Source: Bdellovibrionales bacterium
GTDB taxonomy: Bacteria; Bdellovibrionota; Bdellovibrionia; Bdellovibrionales; UBA1609
NCBI GenBank assembly: GCA_965237565.1
Contig: OZ250145.1
Location: forward strand, 955,529-1,019,528
Direction: 5' to 3'
Length of the DNA stretch: 64,000 nt
Shown: positions 8,005 to 18,484 of the stretch, piece after piece
Position numbering within the stretch: position 1 is the first letter of the stretch
How the letters are laid out: each line of letters opens with the position of its first letter
Made by a program: the position numbers and the translations under genes
Notes under the pieces: generated by a model
The model's database searches: none
Seen by the model: the letters and a program-made list of their open reading frames with translations, nothing else
What the model was told of the DNA's origin: nothing

Positions 8005-8905
8005 AGTTTTCTATCCAATTGCAATTTTTTCTGATGATTGACTGAATTGCGGATGGATAATCTTTTTCATTCGCATAGGGAGCCAATTCATTAGACATTT
8101 GCAAAGCCAGTTCGCAATGATCTTCGTTTTCAGAGGATTCATATCTAGCCTCTCTTAGTTTTGAGTAAGCGGGTCGGGAATTGAGTATTTGCATATAAGT
8201 GTAAAATCCCAATTCAATATTTCCATTGAAGTTATAGACGCAAAGATTTGGCTTTCTTCGTGCCGGTACACAACGAGCATGATTCTTTACTTTTTCAGGA
8301 GAGGAAAAAAGAGTCTGTAGACCGAATAAATTGAAAGCTTCTTTTGCGAAATAAGAGGTGCCGAAGCCGGATTCGATACTCGCTTGAGCCAAAGCCAGAG
8401 AGGGTGGAATTTCTCTGATTTGTTTCTGAATGGCTAGAATGCAATCTTCACCGGAGATTGTTTTTTTTTCATGCCGACCCTTTGAATAAATATAACAATG
8501 TTGGATGCCATTTTCTTGCTTATCCACATATTGTCGAGCAAAATGTTCCGGTATTTCCAATTGTTCGTGCTCAATACAAAGATAGCTGTAGTAGAGACAA
8601 CTCGTGCCGTTTTCATTCGTTGGTAGAAGTTGGTATCTCATGAGGATTCTCGTCAATAGAGTCTGGTCATCCTTAGAAAGCTCTCCTTCCTCCTGAAGTT
8701 TGGCAATCAGTTCAAGGCTTACTAGACGATCATTCGTAATTTTTTTATTCAAAAAATCCACAGCCTCTAAATGATCGCAAGTGAATTGTTTGGGAAAAGT
8801 ACGCACTTCCGTTTGGCCTATGCTTTTCCAAGAAATGAAGCAAAAGAGCATAGACATACACATCAAAAAAAGTTGACAATTCATAATATTTCTCACTACA
8901 TTCAC
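7991..8905 (-). CDS. Glucosaminidase-domain protein (FlgJ/Bax-like muramidase family)
   Basis: 'LALAQASIESGFGTSYFAKEAFNLFGLQ' matches the mannosyl-glycoprotein endo-beta-N-acetylglucosaminidase core. Forms a minus-strand operon with the deacetylase and CBS genes. Confidence 0.65.
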   Translation of the reverse strand: MNVVRNIMNCQLFLMCMSMLFCFISWKSIGQTEVRTFPKQFTCDHLEAVDFLNKKITNDRLVSLELIAKLQEEGELSKDDQTLLTRILMRYQLLPTNENGTSCLYYSYLCIEHEQLEIPEHFARQYVDKQENGIQHCYIYSKGRHEKKTISGEDCILAIQKQIREIPPSLALAQASIESGFGTSYFAKEAFNLFGLQTLFSSPEKVKNHARCVPARRKPNLCVYNFNGNIELGFYTYMQILNSRPAYSKLREARYESSENEDHCELALQMSNELAPYANEKDYPSAIQSIIRKNCNWIENCDKF

Positions 8906-8944
8906 TCTCTTCTTTGCTCAGAAATTTTTAGAGGAGTCTTAATT

Positions 8945-9721
8945 TTGCAAGTCATCGGTTTATTCGTTTCTTTTCTCTATTGTACGATCATTTTCCTTGT
9001 TTCTTTGTGGCTTGTTCGTCAAGAGAAAAGGTGGAATCTCTACGCTGTTGCATCATTCAGTACGGGTTCCTTGACAGCACTCATTCTTCTTTCACTTCTG
9101 CCACACTCTCTGGGGGGGGGCTACCCACTTTATCTAGGCATTATATTCATGACAAGCGGTTTTTTATTTAATATGTTGTCTGAGTTTTGGATTCTTCCTA
9201 GGATGAAGATGTTTCATCATTTTTTTTCCAAAAAAAAGAAGGTCAATTCTCATTCCTGCCAACACATACACTATCACTTGCTCCCATCCTCTGTTGGTTC
9301 TCCAGTTATGGCTTGCTTTATTTTGTGTGCTTTTTTCGATGGGATACGTCTCATGTCTTCTTTTTCCATTACGATTCAAACGGCTGTTTTGGCTAGTTTG
9401 AGTTTGTTGTTTCATCTCTTGCCAGAAAGTGTGAGCGTGATTGGGCTCGGGCTTTCTTCTGGTTTTTCTCGAAAAAATTTAATAAAAATCATTGTAGCCT
9501 TTTATATTTCCTTTTTTGCCGGTGCTATGAGTTTCTTCTTTTTTTCTCATATTGATACTTTCAAACATGTAGTGATTCCCTTTGCGAGTGGACTTTTCCT
9601 CTACGTGTGTTTTGTTCATCTGATTCCGCTCTCAATCAAAATGAAACAAAAAAAATGCTTCGTCGCTGGGATTGTGTTTTGTTTTCTTCTTCTTCAGATA
9701 TCGGAAGCTCTTTTCCATTAA
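8945..9721 (+). CDS. ZIP-family divalent metal (zinc) transporter
   Basis: Polytopic membrane protein. 'HLLPESVSVIGLG' resembles the ZupT HxxPEG motif, and there is a His-rich loop 'HSCQHIHYH'. The track ORF starts at 8771 but that overlaps the divergent gene. In-frame TTG 8945 is preceded by GAGGAG (8931-8936). Confidence 0.6.
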   Translation: MQVIGLFVSFLYCTIIFLVSLWLVRQEKRWNLYAVASFSTGSLTALILLSLLPHSLGGGYPLYLGIIFMTSGFLFNMLSEFWILPRMKMFHHFFSKKKKVNSHSCQHIHYHLLPSSVGSPVMACFILCAFFDGIRLMSSFSITIQTAVLASLSLLFHLLPESVSVIGLGLSSGFSRKNLIKIIVAFYISFFAGAMSFFFFSHIDTFKHVVIPFASGLFLYVCFVHLIPLSIKMKQKKCFVAGIVFCFLLLQISEALFH

Positions 9722-9742
9722 TGGATCAAATTGCTTCTTTGT

Positions 9743-10567
9743 TTACTTATCCCACTTCGGACCCCACTTTGGATCCACAAGACGCATGGACCTAGAATAA
9801 AGAGAACCCAAAAGAAGAGGGTCTGGGTCCTTGAGATGAAAATCAAAAATATCAAAATTTGATTCAGCGTGTTCTCTGTTTCCAGCTTTTGGAATGGCTA
9901 CCACGTTTTCTTGCTCCAGCAACCAACGCAACACGACCTGTCCAGCCGTTTTGGAATATTTTTTGGCGATTTGGCAAACGGTTTTATCTTTAAATATTTT
10001 ATTTCTAGCCAAAGGAGAATACGCGGTCAAAAACATGTTGTTTTTTCTTAAGCAACTCAGTAGAGTTCCTTGCCCTAAGAATGGATGATACTCCACCTGA
10101 TTGCATACAATCTCTGGAACAATCTGCTTCGCTTTTTCTACCAAATCCACTGGAAAATTGCTCACGCCAATAAATTTTATTTTTTGCGCTTTAACGAGCT
10201 TTCTCATAGCCAACAAACTTTCTTCAAGCGATACGCGAATTTCAGGCCAATGAATCAATAACAAATCCACATAATCTGTTTTTAGTTTTCTAAGACTTTC
10301 TTCCGTACTTTGTTCAACCTTTTTTGCGGATAAGTTATCTCGCCAGACTTTTGTCACAAGAAAAATATCTTCACGCATCACACCAGAATCAGCGATACCT
10401 TGTCCAACTTGTTCTTCATTCTCGTAAATTTGTGCCGTATCAATGTGGCGATAACCAATTTCTAGAGCGAATTGCACTGCCTCTACGCATTGCTTTCCTT
10501 TTATGAGCCAAGTTCCAAAGCCTAGTTTCGGGACTTTGGTCTTATTATTTATTTTCCAGTACTCCAT
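9743..10567 (-). CDS. Aldo/keto reductase (DkgA-like)
   Basis: 'LGFGTW', 'GYRHIDTAQIYENEEQVG', 'LLLIHWP'. Size 274 aa. Confidence 0.85.
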   Translation of the reverse strand: MEYWKINNKTKVPKLGFGTWLIKGKQCVEAVQFALEIGYRHIDTAQIYENEEQVGQGIADSGVMREDIFLVTKVWRDNLSAKKVEQSTEESLRKLKTDYVDLLLIHWPEIRVSLEESLLAMRKLVKAQKIKFIGVSNFPVDLVEKAKQIVPEIVCNQVEYHPFLGQGTLLSCLRKNNMFLTAYSPLARNKIFKDKTVCQIAKKYSKTAGQVVLRWLLEQENVVAIPKAGNREHAESNFDIFDFHLKDPDPLLLGSLYSRSMRLVDPKWGPKWDK

Positions 10568-10645
10568 TTTTTTTATTCTCCTTTGATGAAAGCATTTAAA
10601 AAATGTTTATCATTTCATAAATTTTTCTATATAATACTCACAGAT

Positions 10646-11449
10646 ATGCGGGAGTTTGTTTCCTTGTCAACCGGAGTTTGCAACTTGAAAAATATATTTT
10701 CTATTTTTGGCGTGCTGGCTTTCTCTCTAATCTTGCTTTCTTGTGATTCTCAAGTCAATTTGCCCTCTATTCAGTTTGACGCTTGTTTCACAAATTATAA
10801 AACAAAAAATGATTTGATAGAAAAATTGGAGCTTTTCAATGCCGATCAAATACTAGAAGACGAATCACCCAACTATTCTGTCATGGCCGTTGTGGGATGC
10901 TTGTATTACCAATTGGGCCAATTTCCGAAGGCTGTGGAATTATTGCAGAAGTCCTTTCAAGAATCTACGGAAGAGAAAACAAAAAGAATAGCAGCCTCTG
11001 CTTTGTCTCTCATTTACCTGAAGCTCGCTGAGACTGATCGCACTGCAATGGAAAAGATCAATCCCTATATTGCATCTGCGGGAACAGATTCCATAGGCAG
11101 ATGGATGCTTGTTCTCAAAGGTGTTTATACTTATTTCTTTTACGACAATACGCAAGCTCTTCAGTCTTCTATCAAATGGATAAAGTACAAAAATGAGAAT
11201 GAAGGCGGTACGGATACAACGGTTCGCTTCCTTGAGCAGATGGAGGATGTGTATTTATCGGAGCAAGCTTGTCGATCTTCGCAAGCAGCAGGGGGCAGTG
11301 TTGTTGCCATGGTTGAGCCCGCTCAGGTTTATTCAGGCACAAAAGTTTGCAGTAGGAATGCGTTACAAGAAAGCAGGATAGGTCTTTTCAGTTGGAGCAA
11401 AGGCTATCTGGCATATCTTCTCAAGGAAGCTCCTTTTCATGGTGAATGA
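10646..11449 (+). CDS. Lipoprotein, TPR-like, function unknown
   Basis: From ATG 10646 the N-terminus reads '...IFGVLAFSLILLSC' (lipobox). The track ORF begins at 10583, only 15 nt from the divergent gene. Confidence 0.5.
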   Translation: MREFVSLSTGVCNLKNIFSIFGVLAFSLILLSCDSQVNLPSIQFDACFTNYKTKNDLIEKLELFNADQILEDESPNYSVMAVVGCLYYQLGQFPKAVELLQKSFQESTEEKTKRIAASALSLIYLKLAETDRTAMEKINPYIASAGTDSIGRWMLVLKGVYTYFFYDNTQALQSSIKWIKYKNENEGGTDTTVRFLEQMEDVYLSEQACRSSQAAGGSVVAMVEPAQVYSGTKVCSRNALQESRIGLFSWSKGYLAYLLKEAPFHGE

Positions 11450-11462
11450 AATTCACCCTTAG

Positions 11463-12851
11463 CTAGTCAAAAATTTTTCCTATATTGAGAATGTTGTTTG
11501 GGTCAAATATCTTTTTGATTGCTTTCATGTAATGAATTTCTGATTCGGAACAAGAATAGTGCAAGTAGGGTTTTTTCAGCAATCCCACTCCGTGTTCGGC
11601 TGAGATGGAACCTTTGTATTTTTTAATCACTGAAAATAAGACTTCATTTACGTGAGTACACTTTTCTAAAAAACTCTCTTTGCTTAGAGGCTCTGGTTTG
11701 AGTACATTGATATGTAGGTTTCCATCCCCCACATGACCAAACCACACGACTGAAAAATCAGGATACTCCTTTTCTAAAATTTGATTCATCTCGGCTAAAA
11801 AGCTGGATAGGTCTGAGATTCGAACAGATACATCATTTTTATAAGGAGTAAAAGGCGATAGAGATTCGCTGATATTTTCTCTGATAGACCAAAGCTCAGA
11901 AGCTTGCTGAGAATTTTCACTCATCACTCCGTCTAGTATGTCACCGTTTTCCAAACTGGACTCAAAGAGTTTCAAGGATTCTTCCTGACTATTTTCTTCA
12001 CATTCTAATAAAACGTAATAGGGAGATTTTGTTTGCAGTGGAACTTTTTTCCTAGCGATCTTTTCTACATACTCAAGAGCCAACTGAGTGAACATTTCAA
12101 AAGCGTTCAAACAAAGTTTTGATTTAAAAAGAGTGTAAACTTTTAAAAGAGCTGAGAGATTGGGTATGGCAAGCAAAAAAACGGAAGGAGACTTGGGGGC
12201 CTTCGTCAATCGTACACTGACTTCAGTGATGAGGCCAAGGGTCCCTTCAGAACCAATAAATAGGTTCATTAAATCATAGCCAGCTACATTCTTAATCAGA
12301 TTACGTCCCAATTGCAAAGTTTGGCCCCTGCCTGTGACAACTTTTACATTGGAGATCCATTTTCTCAAAGGTCCGTAGCGAATCACATGGACGCCTCCCG
12401 CATTGGTGGCCACATTTCCTCCGATTTGACTGGAACCTTCAGAGGCAAAAGAGAGAGGAAAAAAAAGCCCCCTTTTTTGTGCTTCTTCTTGGACTCTCTT
12501 CGTGATGACTCCAGATTCCAGAGTGAGACTTTGTTCCACTTCATTGAATTCCAATACACGATTCATACGTTCAAAAGACACAATCACTTCCTTGTCTTTT
12601 GCGACGGCAGCACCGCTAAGCCCCGTCCGACCTCCTGAAGCAACCAAAGGGCAATGAAAACGGTGAGCCCACTTCACGATATCTTCGACGTTTTGGTGGG
12701 ACTCGGGAAAAAGAACGAGACTAGGATCTGAAGAATAGAGTTTCAACCAGTCACTTCCGTAGGTTTCCAAGACTTCTTTTTCTGAGCTGATTTGCCCATT
12801 GGATAAAAAGTTTTTTAAGTGATCTATTTTTGTTTGGTCTATTTCAGGCAT
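11463..12851 (-). CDS. FAD-binding oxidoreductase (GlcD / D-lactate dehydrogenase family)
   Basis: 'VASGGRTGLSGAAV' is the FAD_binding_4 motif. 462 aa, with a C-terminal 'SAEHGVGLLK' FAD-oxidase motif. Confidence 0.8.
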   Translation of the reverse strand: MPEIDQTKIDHLKNFLSNGQISSEKEVLETYGSDWLKLYSSDPSLVLFPESHQNVEDIVKWAHRFHCPLVASGGRTGLSGAAVAKDKEVIVSFERMNRVLEFNEVEQSLTLESGVITKRVQEEAQKRGLFFPLSFASEGSSQIGGNVATNAGGVHVIRYGPLRKWISNVKVVTGRGQTLQLGRNLIKNVAGYDLMNLFIGSEGTLGLITEVSVRLTKAPKSPSVFLLAIPNLSALLKVYTLFKSKLCLNAFEMFTQLALEYVEKIARKKVPLQTKSPYYVLLECEENSQEESLKLFESSLENGDILDGVMSENSQQASELWSIRENISESLSPFTPYKNDVSVRISDLSSFLAEMNQILEKEYPDFSVVWFGHVGDGNLHINVLKPEPLSKESFLEKCTHVNEVLFSVIKKYKGSISAEHGVGLLKKPYLHYSCSESEIHYMKAIKKIFDPNNILNIGKIFD

Positions 12852-12962
12852 TTTCTATTGGTCCATCTCAGGGGTTTTCTTGTTTATCAGTAGCTGAGGC
12901 TACAAAGTCAAAATGATTTTTGGTGAATGGGAATAAAAATAAAAATCGTGCGGACAAGAAAA

Positions 12963-13790
12963 TTAGGCGATATTTGAGTGAAGAACACGAACTTGGGGGA
13001 GAGTGAATAAAAAAATGGCTCCCTTTCCATTTGGGCGATTCATGGCTTTTACATTCCCTCCATGAGACAGCAAAATTTGACGAGCGATGCTCAGTCCCAA
13101 GCCACTTCCCTTAAAATAAGAGCTATCTTTTTTTCGGCTTCGGTAAAGAGGCCTGAATATTTTATCCAAATCTGCTGAAGCAATTCCGGCGCCTTGGTCC
13201 TCGATTTTCACCTGCAAACCTTTCTGATTTTTTGTTTTGTCGAGTTCCCAAGAGAGTTCTATCCTATCTTGTTTTCTAGAATGTTCTATCGCGTTAACGA
13301 TAAAATTCATGAGAACCTGCTCTAGGTACATGGGGTCGGCAAGTGTTTGGAAATCCTGTCCGTCCCAGTGAATTTTGAGATGTGTTTCTGACTTTTGCAC
13401 TAAAGGCTCCAATTTTTTTTCCACATTTTGTACGATTTGGTTCCAACTTTGCCATTCAAAGGACATTTGTAAATTTTTTCCCATTTTTTTGATGTCTAAG
13501 GTATCAGAGATGAGTCGAGCCATCCAATCCAACTCCATGTCCATGACCTCGATAATAGGGTGGTGTTGAGAGGGAAGTTGTTTTTTTAGTAAATGTGTAT
13601 TGAGTTTTAAAGTAGTTAAAGGGGTTTTGAGTTCATGGCTGATAAGACTTAAAATGTCTAGATCAAGTTCTTTGTTATCTAGAGTAAGCTCCTTGTTGTT
13701 TTTTGCTGAAAAGCCCATAACTAGAAGTTTTGTCGGTCCAAGCATATCCATTCTTGAACAAAAAACTTTTTTTGGTATTTTCAATGGCAA
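12963..13790 (-). CDS. Soluble sensor histidine kinase (HisKA + HATPase_c), no adjacent response regulator
   Basis: H-box 'ISHELKTPLT', N-box 'NFIVNAIEHS', G-boxes 'IEDQGAGI' and 'GSGLGLSIARQI'. Confidence 0.8.
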   Translation of the reverse strand: MPLKIPKKVFCSRMDMLGPTKLLVMGFSAKNNKELTLDNKELDLDILSLISHELKTPLTTLKLNTHLLKKQLPSQHHPIIEVMDMELDWMARLISDTLDIKKMGKNLQMSFEWQSWNQIVQNVEKKLEPLVQKSETHLKIHWDGQDFQTLADPMYLEQVLMNFIVNAIEHSRKQDRIELSWELDKTKNQKGLQVKIEDQGAGIASADLDKIFRPLYRSRKKDSSYFKGSGLGLSIARQILLSHGGNVKAMNRPNGKGAIFLFTLPQVRVLHSNIA

Positions 13791-13949
13791 AACTCATGGC
13801 AGAGCTTGTAATGGCAAAAAGATCATGGATCTTTTTGCATAGACTTTGTAAAGCCATGATATAATTCGGCTTGTTTGGATGCACAACGAGGGGCTATATG
13901 GTGTGCACAGTGGATCATGTGTTGCGAACGAATGAACCCTATGTTGTAG

Positions 13950-15011
13950 GTGAAAATATCTGTGAATAAGTCTCAGAATTTTTTGTTTCATCATGTTTTG
14001 AATCTTTTGAGAAAATCAAAGCATGAAGATTCTCATTTGTTAGTGGCTGTTTCAGGGGGCATAGACTCCATGGCTTTGCTCTCGGTTTTGCTAGAACTTC
14101 GTGGGATCTTACAGCTGAAAATCTCAGTCAGTCATGTTCATCATGGATCCTTGCAGAAAAAACAAAGGGCTTTTCAAAACAAAGCTTTCATTCATACAAA
14201 AGACTTTTGTTCAAAACAAAATTTGGATTTTTATTCGAATATTGTGGCAGATTTGGATGTCTCTATGAAGCCAAATGTTCCTGCAAATCCAAACGTTCCC
14301 ACAAGCCCTGCCCCAATGGTTCAATCAAAGCCTATGCAAGCCTCAGAAGCCCAAATGAGAAAGTATCGTTACGAGATATTTGCTCAACACCTAAAACAGT
14401 CAAAGGCTCAACATCTCGTCCTCGCTCATACCGCAGATGATTTGGTAGAAACTCGTCTCATTCGTCTCATTCGTGGAACGGGAGAACAAGGTCTTTTGTC
14501 TATGCCTTTTCAAAGGGGTAAAGTCCTCAGGCCTATGATTCACATCATTCGCATGGATATTCAAAAGTACGTTCGGAACAACAAACTCGAATGGTGCGAA
14601 GATCCCAGCAACCGTTCATCCAATTACAGTTTGAGAAATTGGATTCGAAATGAATGGCTTCCTCAACTAGAACAAAAACGCCCCGGGGCCAAAAAAAGTC
14701 TTGCCCGTTCTCTCTATCTTCTCTCGCAACAAACAAAAACAAAGCAAAAGAATGTAAAAAAAAATTATCAAAGCATTCAAACACAGCAAGGTTTGAGACG
14801 AGACTTATTGCTCAAACTCCCTGAACAAGAAAGACAAAAAATTTTAGCTCATTATATGAATCAAAAAGGGTTTAAAAATTATCAATCTTCTCACATCCAA
14901 GAGATACTAAAACAACTTGACAGGCCTCAAAAACAATTCATCTTTTCTTTGCTAGGGGAAAAATGGAAAGTTAGCCCTTTTTGGTTTTCCATCAGAAAAA
15001 GTACCAAATGA
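13950..15011 (+). CDS. tilS: tRNA(Ile)-lysidine synthase (short form)
   Basis: PP-loop 'VAVSGGIDSMAL'. GTG start. Lies in the conserved position upstream of ftsH. Confidence 0.8.
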   Translation: MKISVNKSQNFLFHHVLNLLRKSKHEDSHLLVAVSGGIDSMALLSVLLELRGILQLKISVSHVHHGSLQKKQRAFQNKAFIHTKDFCSKQNLDFYSNIVADLDVSMKPNVPANPNVPTSPAPMVQSKPMQASEAQMRKYRYEIFAQHLKQSKAQHLVLAHTADDLVETRLIRLIRGTGEQGLLSMPFQRGKVLRPMIHIIRMDIQKYVRNNKLEWCEDPSNRSSNYSLRNWIRNEWLPQLEQKRPGAKKSLARSLYLLSQQTKTKQKNVKKNYQSIQTQQGLRRDLLLKLPEQERQKILAHYMNQKGFKNYQSSHIQEILKQLDRPQKQFIFSLLGEKWKVSPFWFSIRKSTK

Positions 15012-15136
15012 TCTTTATTCAAGGGGACCGTGTTTTTTTACCAGACTCACAAATCCGTTTGGACGATCAAGGTACTTTCTCATTGCATTTTATGCACCAC
15101 GAGTTTACACTGAGGGTGAATTAGGAGAAAGAGATT

Positions 15137-17101
15137 ATGAAACATTCTGGTCGAAAAGTTTTTTTGCTTTGGATACTTTTTTTAGTTCTTGGCATGCTTT
15201 TTTTCCAAGTCTATGAGTACAAACGCAAATCTTTTGTCAAAGATTTTAATTACCCCAAGTTTGTGGAAGCTCTTTCACAGGGTTACATTCAAAAGCAGGG
15301 TCTGGTTTTTGATACGACCAAAAAAGAAATCTTAGGTGATTTAACTCCATCTGGAGTGGAAAAATACAAAGGAAAAAAATTTCGTATTCAAGGCAATGTG
15401 GGAGACAAAGGTTTTGAGCTTTTAGACAAGTACGGAATTATTCCCTCCTATGTAAATAGCGATCATTCCTTTTGGACTTCCGTGTTTTTGAATTGGTTGC
15501 CTCTCATTATTTTTGCTGGGTTATTTATTTTCTTTATTCGTCAGCTCCAAATTGGAGGAGGAAAAGCTATGGCATTTGGAAAAAGTCGGGCTCGTTTGGT
15601 GGCAGATAAAAAGAAAGTGTTGTTTAAAGATGTGGCCGGCGTGGAAGAAGCCAGAGAGGAATTGATAGAGATTGTTGAGTTTTTAAAAAATCCAAAAAAA
15701 TTCACTCGTCTAGGTGGACGTATTCCAAAGGGAGTGTTGCTCATCGGAGCTCCTGGTACGGGTAAGACACTCTTGGCCAGAGCGGTTGCTGGGGAAGCCC
15801 ATGTTCCTTTTTTCACTATTTCTGGATCTGATTTTGTGGAAATGTTTGTGGGTGTAGGAGCTTCACGCGTGAGAGACTTATTTTTACAAGGAAAAAAACA
15901 CGCCCCTTGCGTCATCTTCATAGATGAAATCGATGCTGTCGGAAGGCATCGTGGCTCAGGCATGGGAGGAGGTCACGATGAAAGAGAACAAACGCTGAAT
16001 CAACTTTTGGTTGAGATGGATGGCTTTGAAAGCCAAGTTGGGATTATCTTGATCGCCGCTACCAATCGACCAGATGTTTTGGACCCCGCACTTCTCAGGC
16101 CTGGTCGTTTTGATCGCCGAGTGATTGTCAATTCTCCGGACCTAAATGGTCGTCACGAAATTTTAAAAGTCCATACAAGGAAAGTTCCTCTTTCAAAGTC
16201 CGTGGAACTAAAAAAAATTGCAAGAGGGACTCCGGGATTTTCCGGAGCAGACTTGGAAAATCTCGTCAACGAGTCCGCTTTGATGGCTGCTCGTGAAAAT
16301 AAAAATCAAATTGAAATGTCAGACATTGAAAAGTCAAGGGACAAGGTCATCATGGGTCGAGAAAGAAGATCTATGGTGATCAGTGAAGAGGATCGTAAGA
16401 TCACCGCCTACCATGAATCAGGTCACGCCCTCGTGGGGAGAAAATTACCCAATCTAGACCCTATCCATAAAGTGACAATCATCCCTCGTGGAATGGCCCT
16501 AGGTGTGACACAAACTCTTCCCAAGGAAGACACTCTGAACCTCACCAAGAGCAAGGCAGAAAATACTTTGGCCTTTTTGTTTGGAGGCAGAGCCGCCGAA
16601 GAAATCATTTTCAAAGACTATACGACAGGAGCGGGCAATGATATTGAAAAGGCTACTGAGCTGGCTCGTCGGATGGTTTGCGAGTGGGGAATGAGTGAAA
16701 AATTGGGCCCTCTAGCCTTGGAGAAAAAAGAAGTCCCTATTTATTTGGGCATACAATACACAAAAGGCAGAGAGTATTCAGAGGCGAAGGCTAAAGAAGT
16801 GGATGAAGAAGTTCGACTAATTATCCAAACAGCTTATAAGAAAGCCCTTCGCATTTTAAAAGAAAACAAAAAGGAGTTGAAAGTGATGGCCAAGGCTCTT
16901 TTGGAATTTGAAACCATTAGTGGTGAGGAAGTGAATCTGATTTTGGATGGAGCCAATTTGAGTCAATTGGAAAAAAGAAGATCCAACAGTGAATCTGCTT
17001 TAAAGAAGGAAAGAGAAGAAGTGGCCAAAACTTCCAAAACTTCAGATCAAAAATCGAGCCAAACCGATCCAGTGGGAGACCCGGATCCAATCATTGCCTA
17101 A
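15137..17101 (+). CDS. ftsH: ATP-dependent zinc metalloprotease FtsH
   Basis: Walker A '[13 protein letters not shown]', SRH region, Zn motif 'HESGHAL', N-terminal TM segments. Confidence 0.97.
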   Translation: MKHSGRKVFLLWILFLVLGMLFFQVYEYKRKSFVKDFNYPKFVEALSQGYIQKQGLVFDTTKKEILGDLTPSGVEKYKGKKFRIQGNVGDKGFELLDKYGIIPSYVNSDHSFWTSVFLNWLPLIIFAGLFIFFIRQLQIGGGKAMAFGKSRARLVADKKKVLFKDVAGVEEAREELIEIVEFLKNPKKFTRLGGRIPKGVLLIGAPGTGKTLLARAVAGEAHVPFFTISGSDFVEMFVGVGASRVRDLFLQGKKHAPCVIFIDEIDAVGRHRGSGMGGGHDEREQTLNQLLVEMDGFESQVGIILIAATNRPDVLDPALLRPGRFDRRVIVNSPDLNGRHEILKVHTRKVPLSKSVELKKIARGTPGFSGADLENLVNESALMAARENKNQIEMSDIEKSRDKVIMGRERRSMVISEEDRKITAYHESGHALVGRKLPNLDPIHKVTIIPRGMALGVTQTLPKEDTLNLTKSKAENTLAFLFGGRAAEEIIFKDYTTGAGNDIEKATELARRMVCEWGMSEKLGPLALEKKEVPIYLGIQYTKGREYSEAKAKEVDEEVRLIIQTAYKKALRILKENKKELKVMAKALLEFETISGEEVNLILDGANLSQLEKRRSNSESALKKEREEVAKTSKTSDQKSSQTDPVGDPDPIIA

Positions 17102-17107
17102 GAGACA

Positions 17108-18484
17108 ATGAAAAAAACGCAAAAACTTTTTGGAACAGATGGAATCAGAGGCAGGTCTAATCAGTTTCCTGTTCAAGCCGATGTCATTTTAAAAGTAGGG
17201 CAGGCGTTTGGTTATTTGTTGCAACAATCAAAAAAACCGAATCGAAAACATCCTATGGTTTTGATCGGCAAGGATACTCGTCTTTCTGGTTATATGCTGG
17301 AGCAAGCTTTAGCCAGTGGGCTCAACTCCATGGGAGTTTGGGTACAACTCACAGGGCCTTTGCCCACTCCGGGGATTGGTTTTTTGGCACGTAACATGAG
17401 AGCTTCTGCAGGAGTGGTGATCTCCGCTTCGCACAATCCCTATTCCGACAATGGAATCAAATTTTTTGATGAGCAGGGGTTTAAAATTTCCCACCAAATG
17501 GAAAAGAAAATTGAATCACTCGTATTTTCTGATGAATTAAACAAAAAAATTGTTTCATCGGACCGAGTGGGACGTAGCCGAAGAATTGATGATGCAGCTG
17601 GGAGATACATTGTCCATGTAAAAAATTCTTTTCCACTTGATCACACACTGGACGGACTTCGTATTGTTTTGGATTGTGGACACGGAGCCACTTACAAGAT
17701 CGCTCCCACCATTTTTCAAGAACTGGGTGCTGAGGTGATTGTTTTGGGCAACGAACCCAATGGCTACAACATCAACGACCGTGCTGGTACTTTGTACATG
17801 GAAACTCTTCGTGGAGTTGTGTTGAAACATGGAGCTCATGTGGGAATTAGCATTGATGGAGATGGGGACCGTGTTTTGATGACAGATGAATTGGGCAATC
17901 TGGTGGATGGAGATCACATTTTGGGTATTTGTGCCCTTAGTTTGCAAAAAAAAGGAGAGTTAACAGAAAACAAAGTGACGAGTACCTATATGTCCAACAT
18001 GGGTTTGGAAAAAATGTTGAACCAAAAGGGGATTGAGCTTTTTCGAACCGAAGTGGGGGATAGAAATGTAGTAGAATACATGAAGGAGCACGGGATTACA
18101 TTGGGAGGAGAACCTTCGGGTCACATCATTTTTCTTAATCAAAGTACGACGGGGGATGCCTGTGTAGCTGCCTTAAATGTTTTGGCCGTTATGAGATATG
18201 AAAACAAAAAACTTTCTGAGCTGAGATCAGTCTTACTCTCTGTTCCTCAACTAAAATCTTCGATCCATGTGACAAAAAAAGTGAATCTATCTGAGCTCAA
18301 AGGCTATTCTTCCTTAATGGGAAAGGTGCAAAAAAAACTTGCAGGCTTAGGGCGTGTCTATGTTCGTTTTTCTGGTACAGAGCCTGTGATCAGAATTTTG
18401 CTTGAATCGGAAGACACCAGCCTAATGAAATCTTGCTCAGATGAAATCACTCATTTTCTTCGTGAGAAATTGGTGAATGTCTAA
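17108..18484 (+). CDS. glmM: Phosphoglucosamine mutase
   Basis: 'SASHNPYSDNGIKFF' active-site serine loop, 'DGDGDR' Mg site. 458 aa. Confidence 0.95.
   Translation: MKKTQKLFGTDGIRGRSNQFPVQADVILKVGQAFGYLLQQSKKPNRKHPMVLIGKDTRLSGYMLEQALASGLNSMGVWVQLTGPLPTPGIGFLARNMRASAGVVISASHNPYSDNGIKFFDEQGFKISHQMEKKIESLVFSDELNKKIVSSDRVGRSRRIDDAAGRYIVHVKNSFPLDHTLDGLRIVLDCGHGATYKIAPTIFQELGAEVIVLGNEPNGYNINDRAGTLYMETLRGVVLKHGAHVGISIDGDGDRVLMTDELGNLVDGDHILGICALSLQKKGELTENKVTSTYMSNMGLEKMLNQKGIELFRTEVGDRNVVEYMKEHGITLGGEPSGHIIFLNQSTTGDACVAALNVLAVMRYENKKLSELRSVLLSVPQLKSSIHVTKKVNLSELKGYSSLMGKVQKKLAGLGRVYVRFSGTEPVIRILLESEDTSLMKSCSDEITHFLREKLVNV

Noticed and set aside
8771-8944. A 5' extension of the ZIP transporter ORF that overlaps the divergent glucosaminidase gene by 135 nt.
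   Set aside because: The extension encodes a non-hydrophobic His/Lys-rich peptide antisense to a real gene. An in-frame TTG at 8945 with a GAGGAG RBS gives a normal-length ZIP protein.
14260-14345. Pro/Asn-rich low-complexity insert in TilS ('KPNVPANPNVPTSPAPMVQSKP').
   Set aside because: It is an in-frame surface-loop-type insertion within a well-supported gene, with no evidence of a separate feature.
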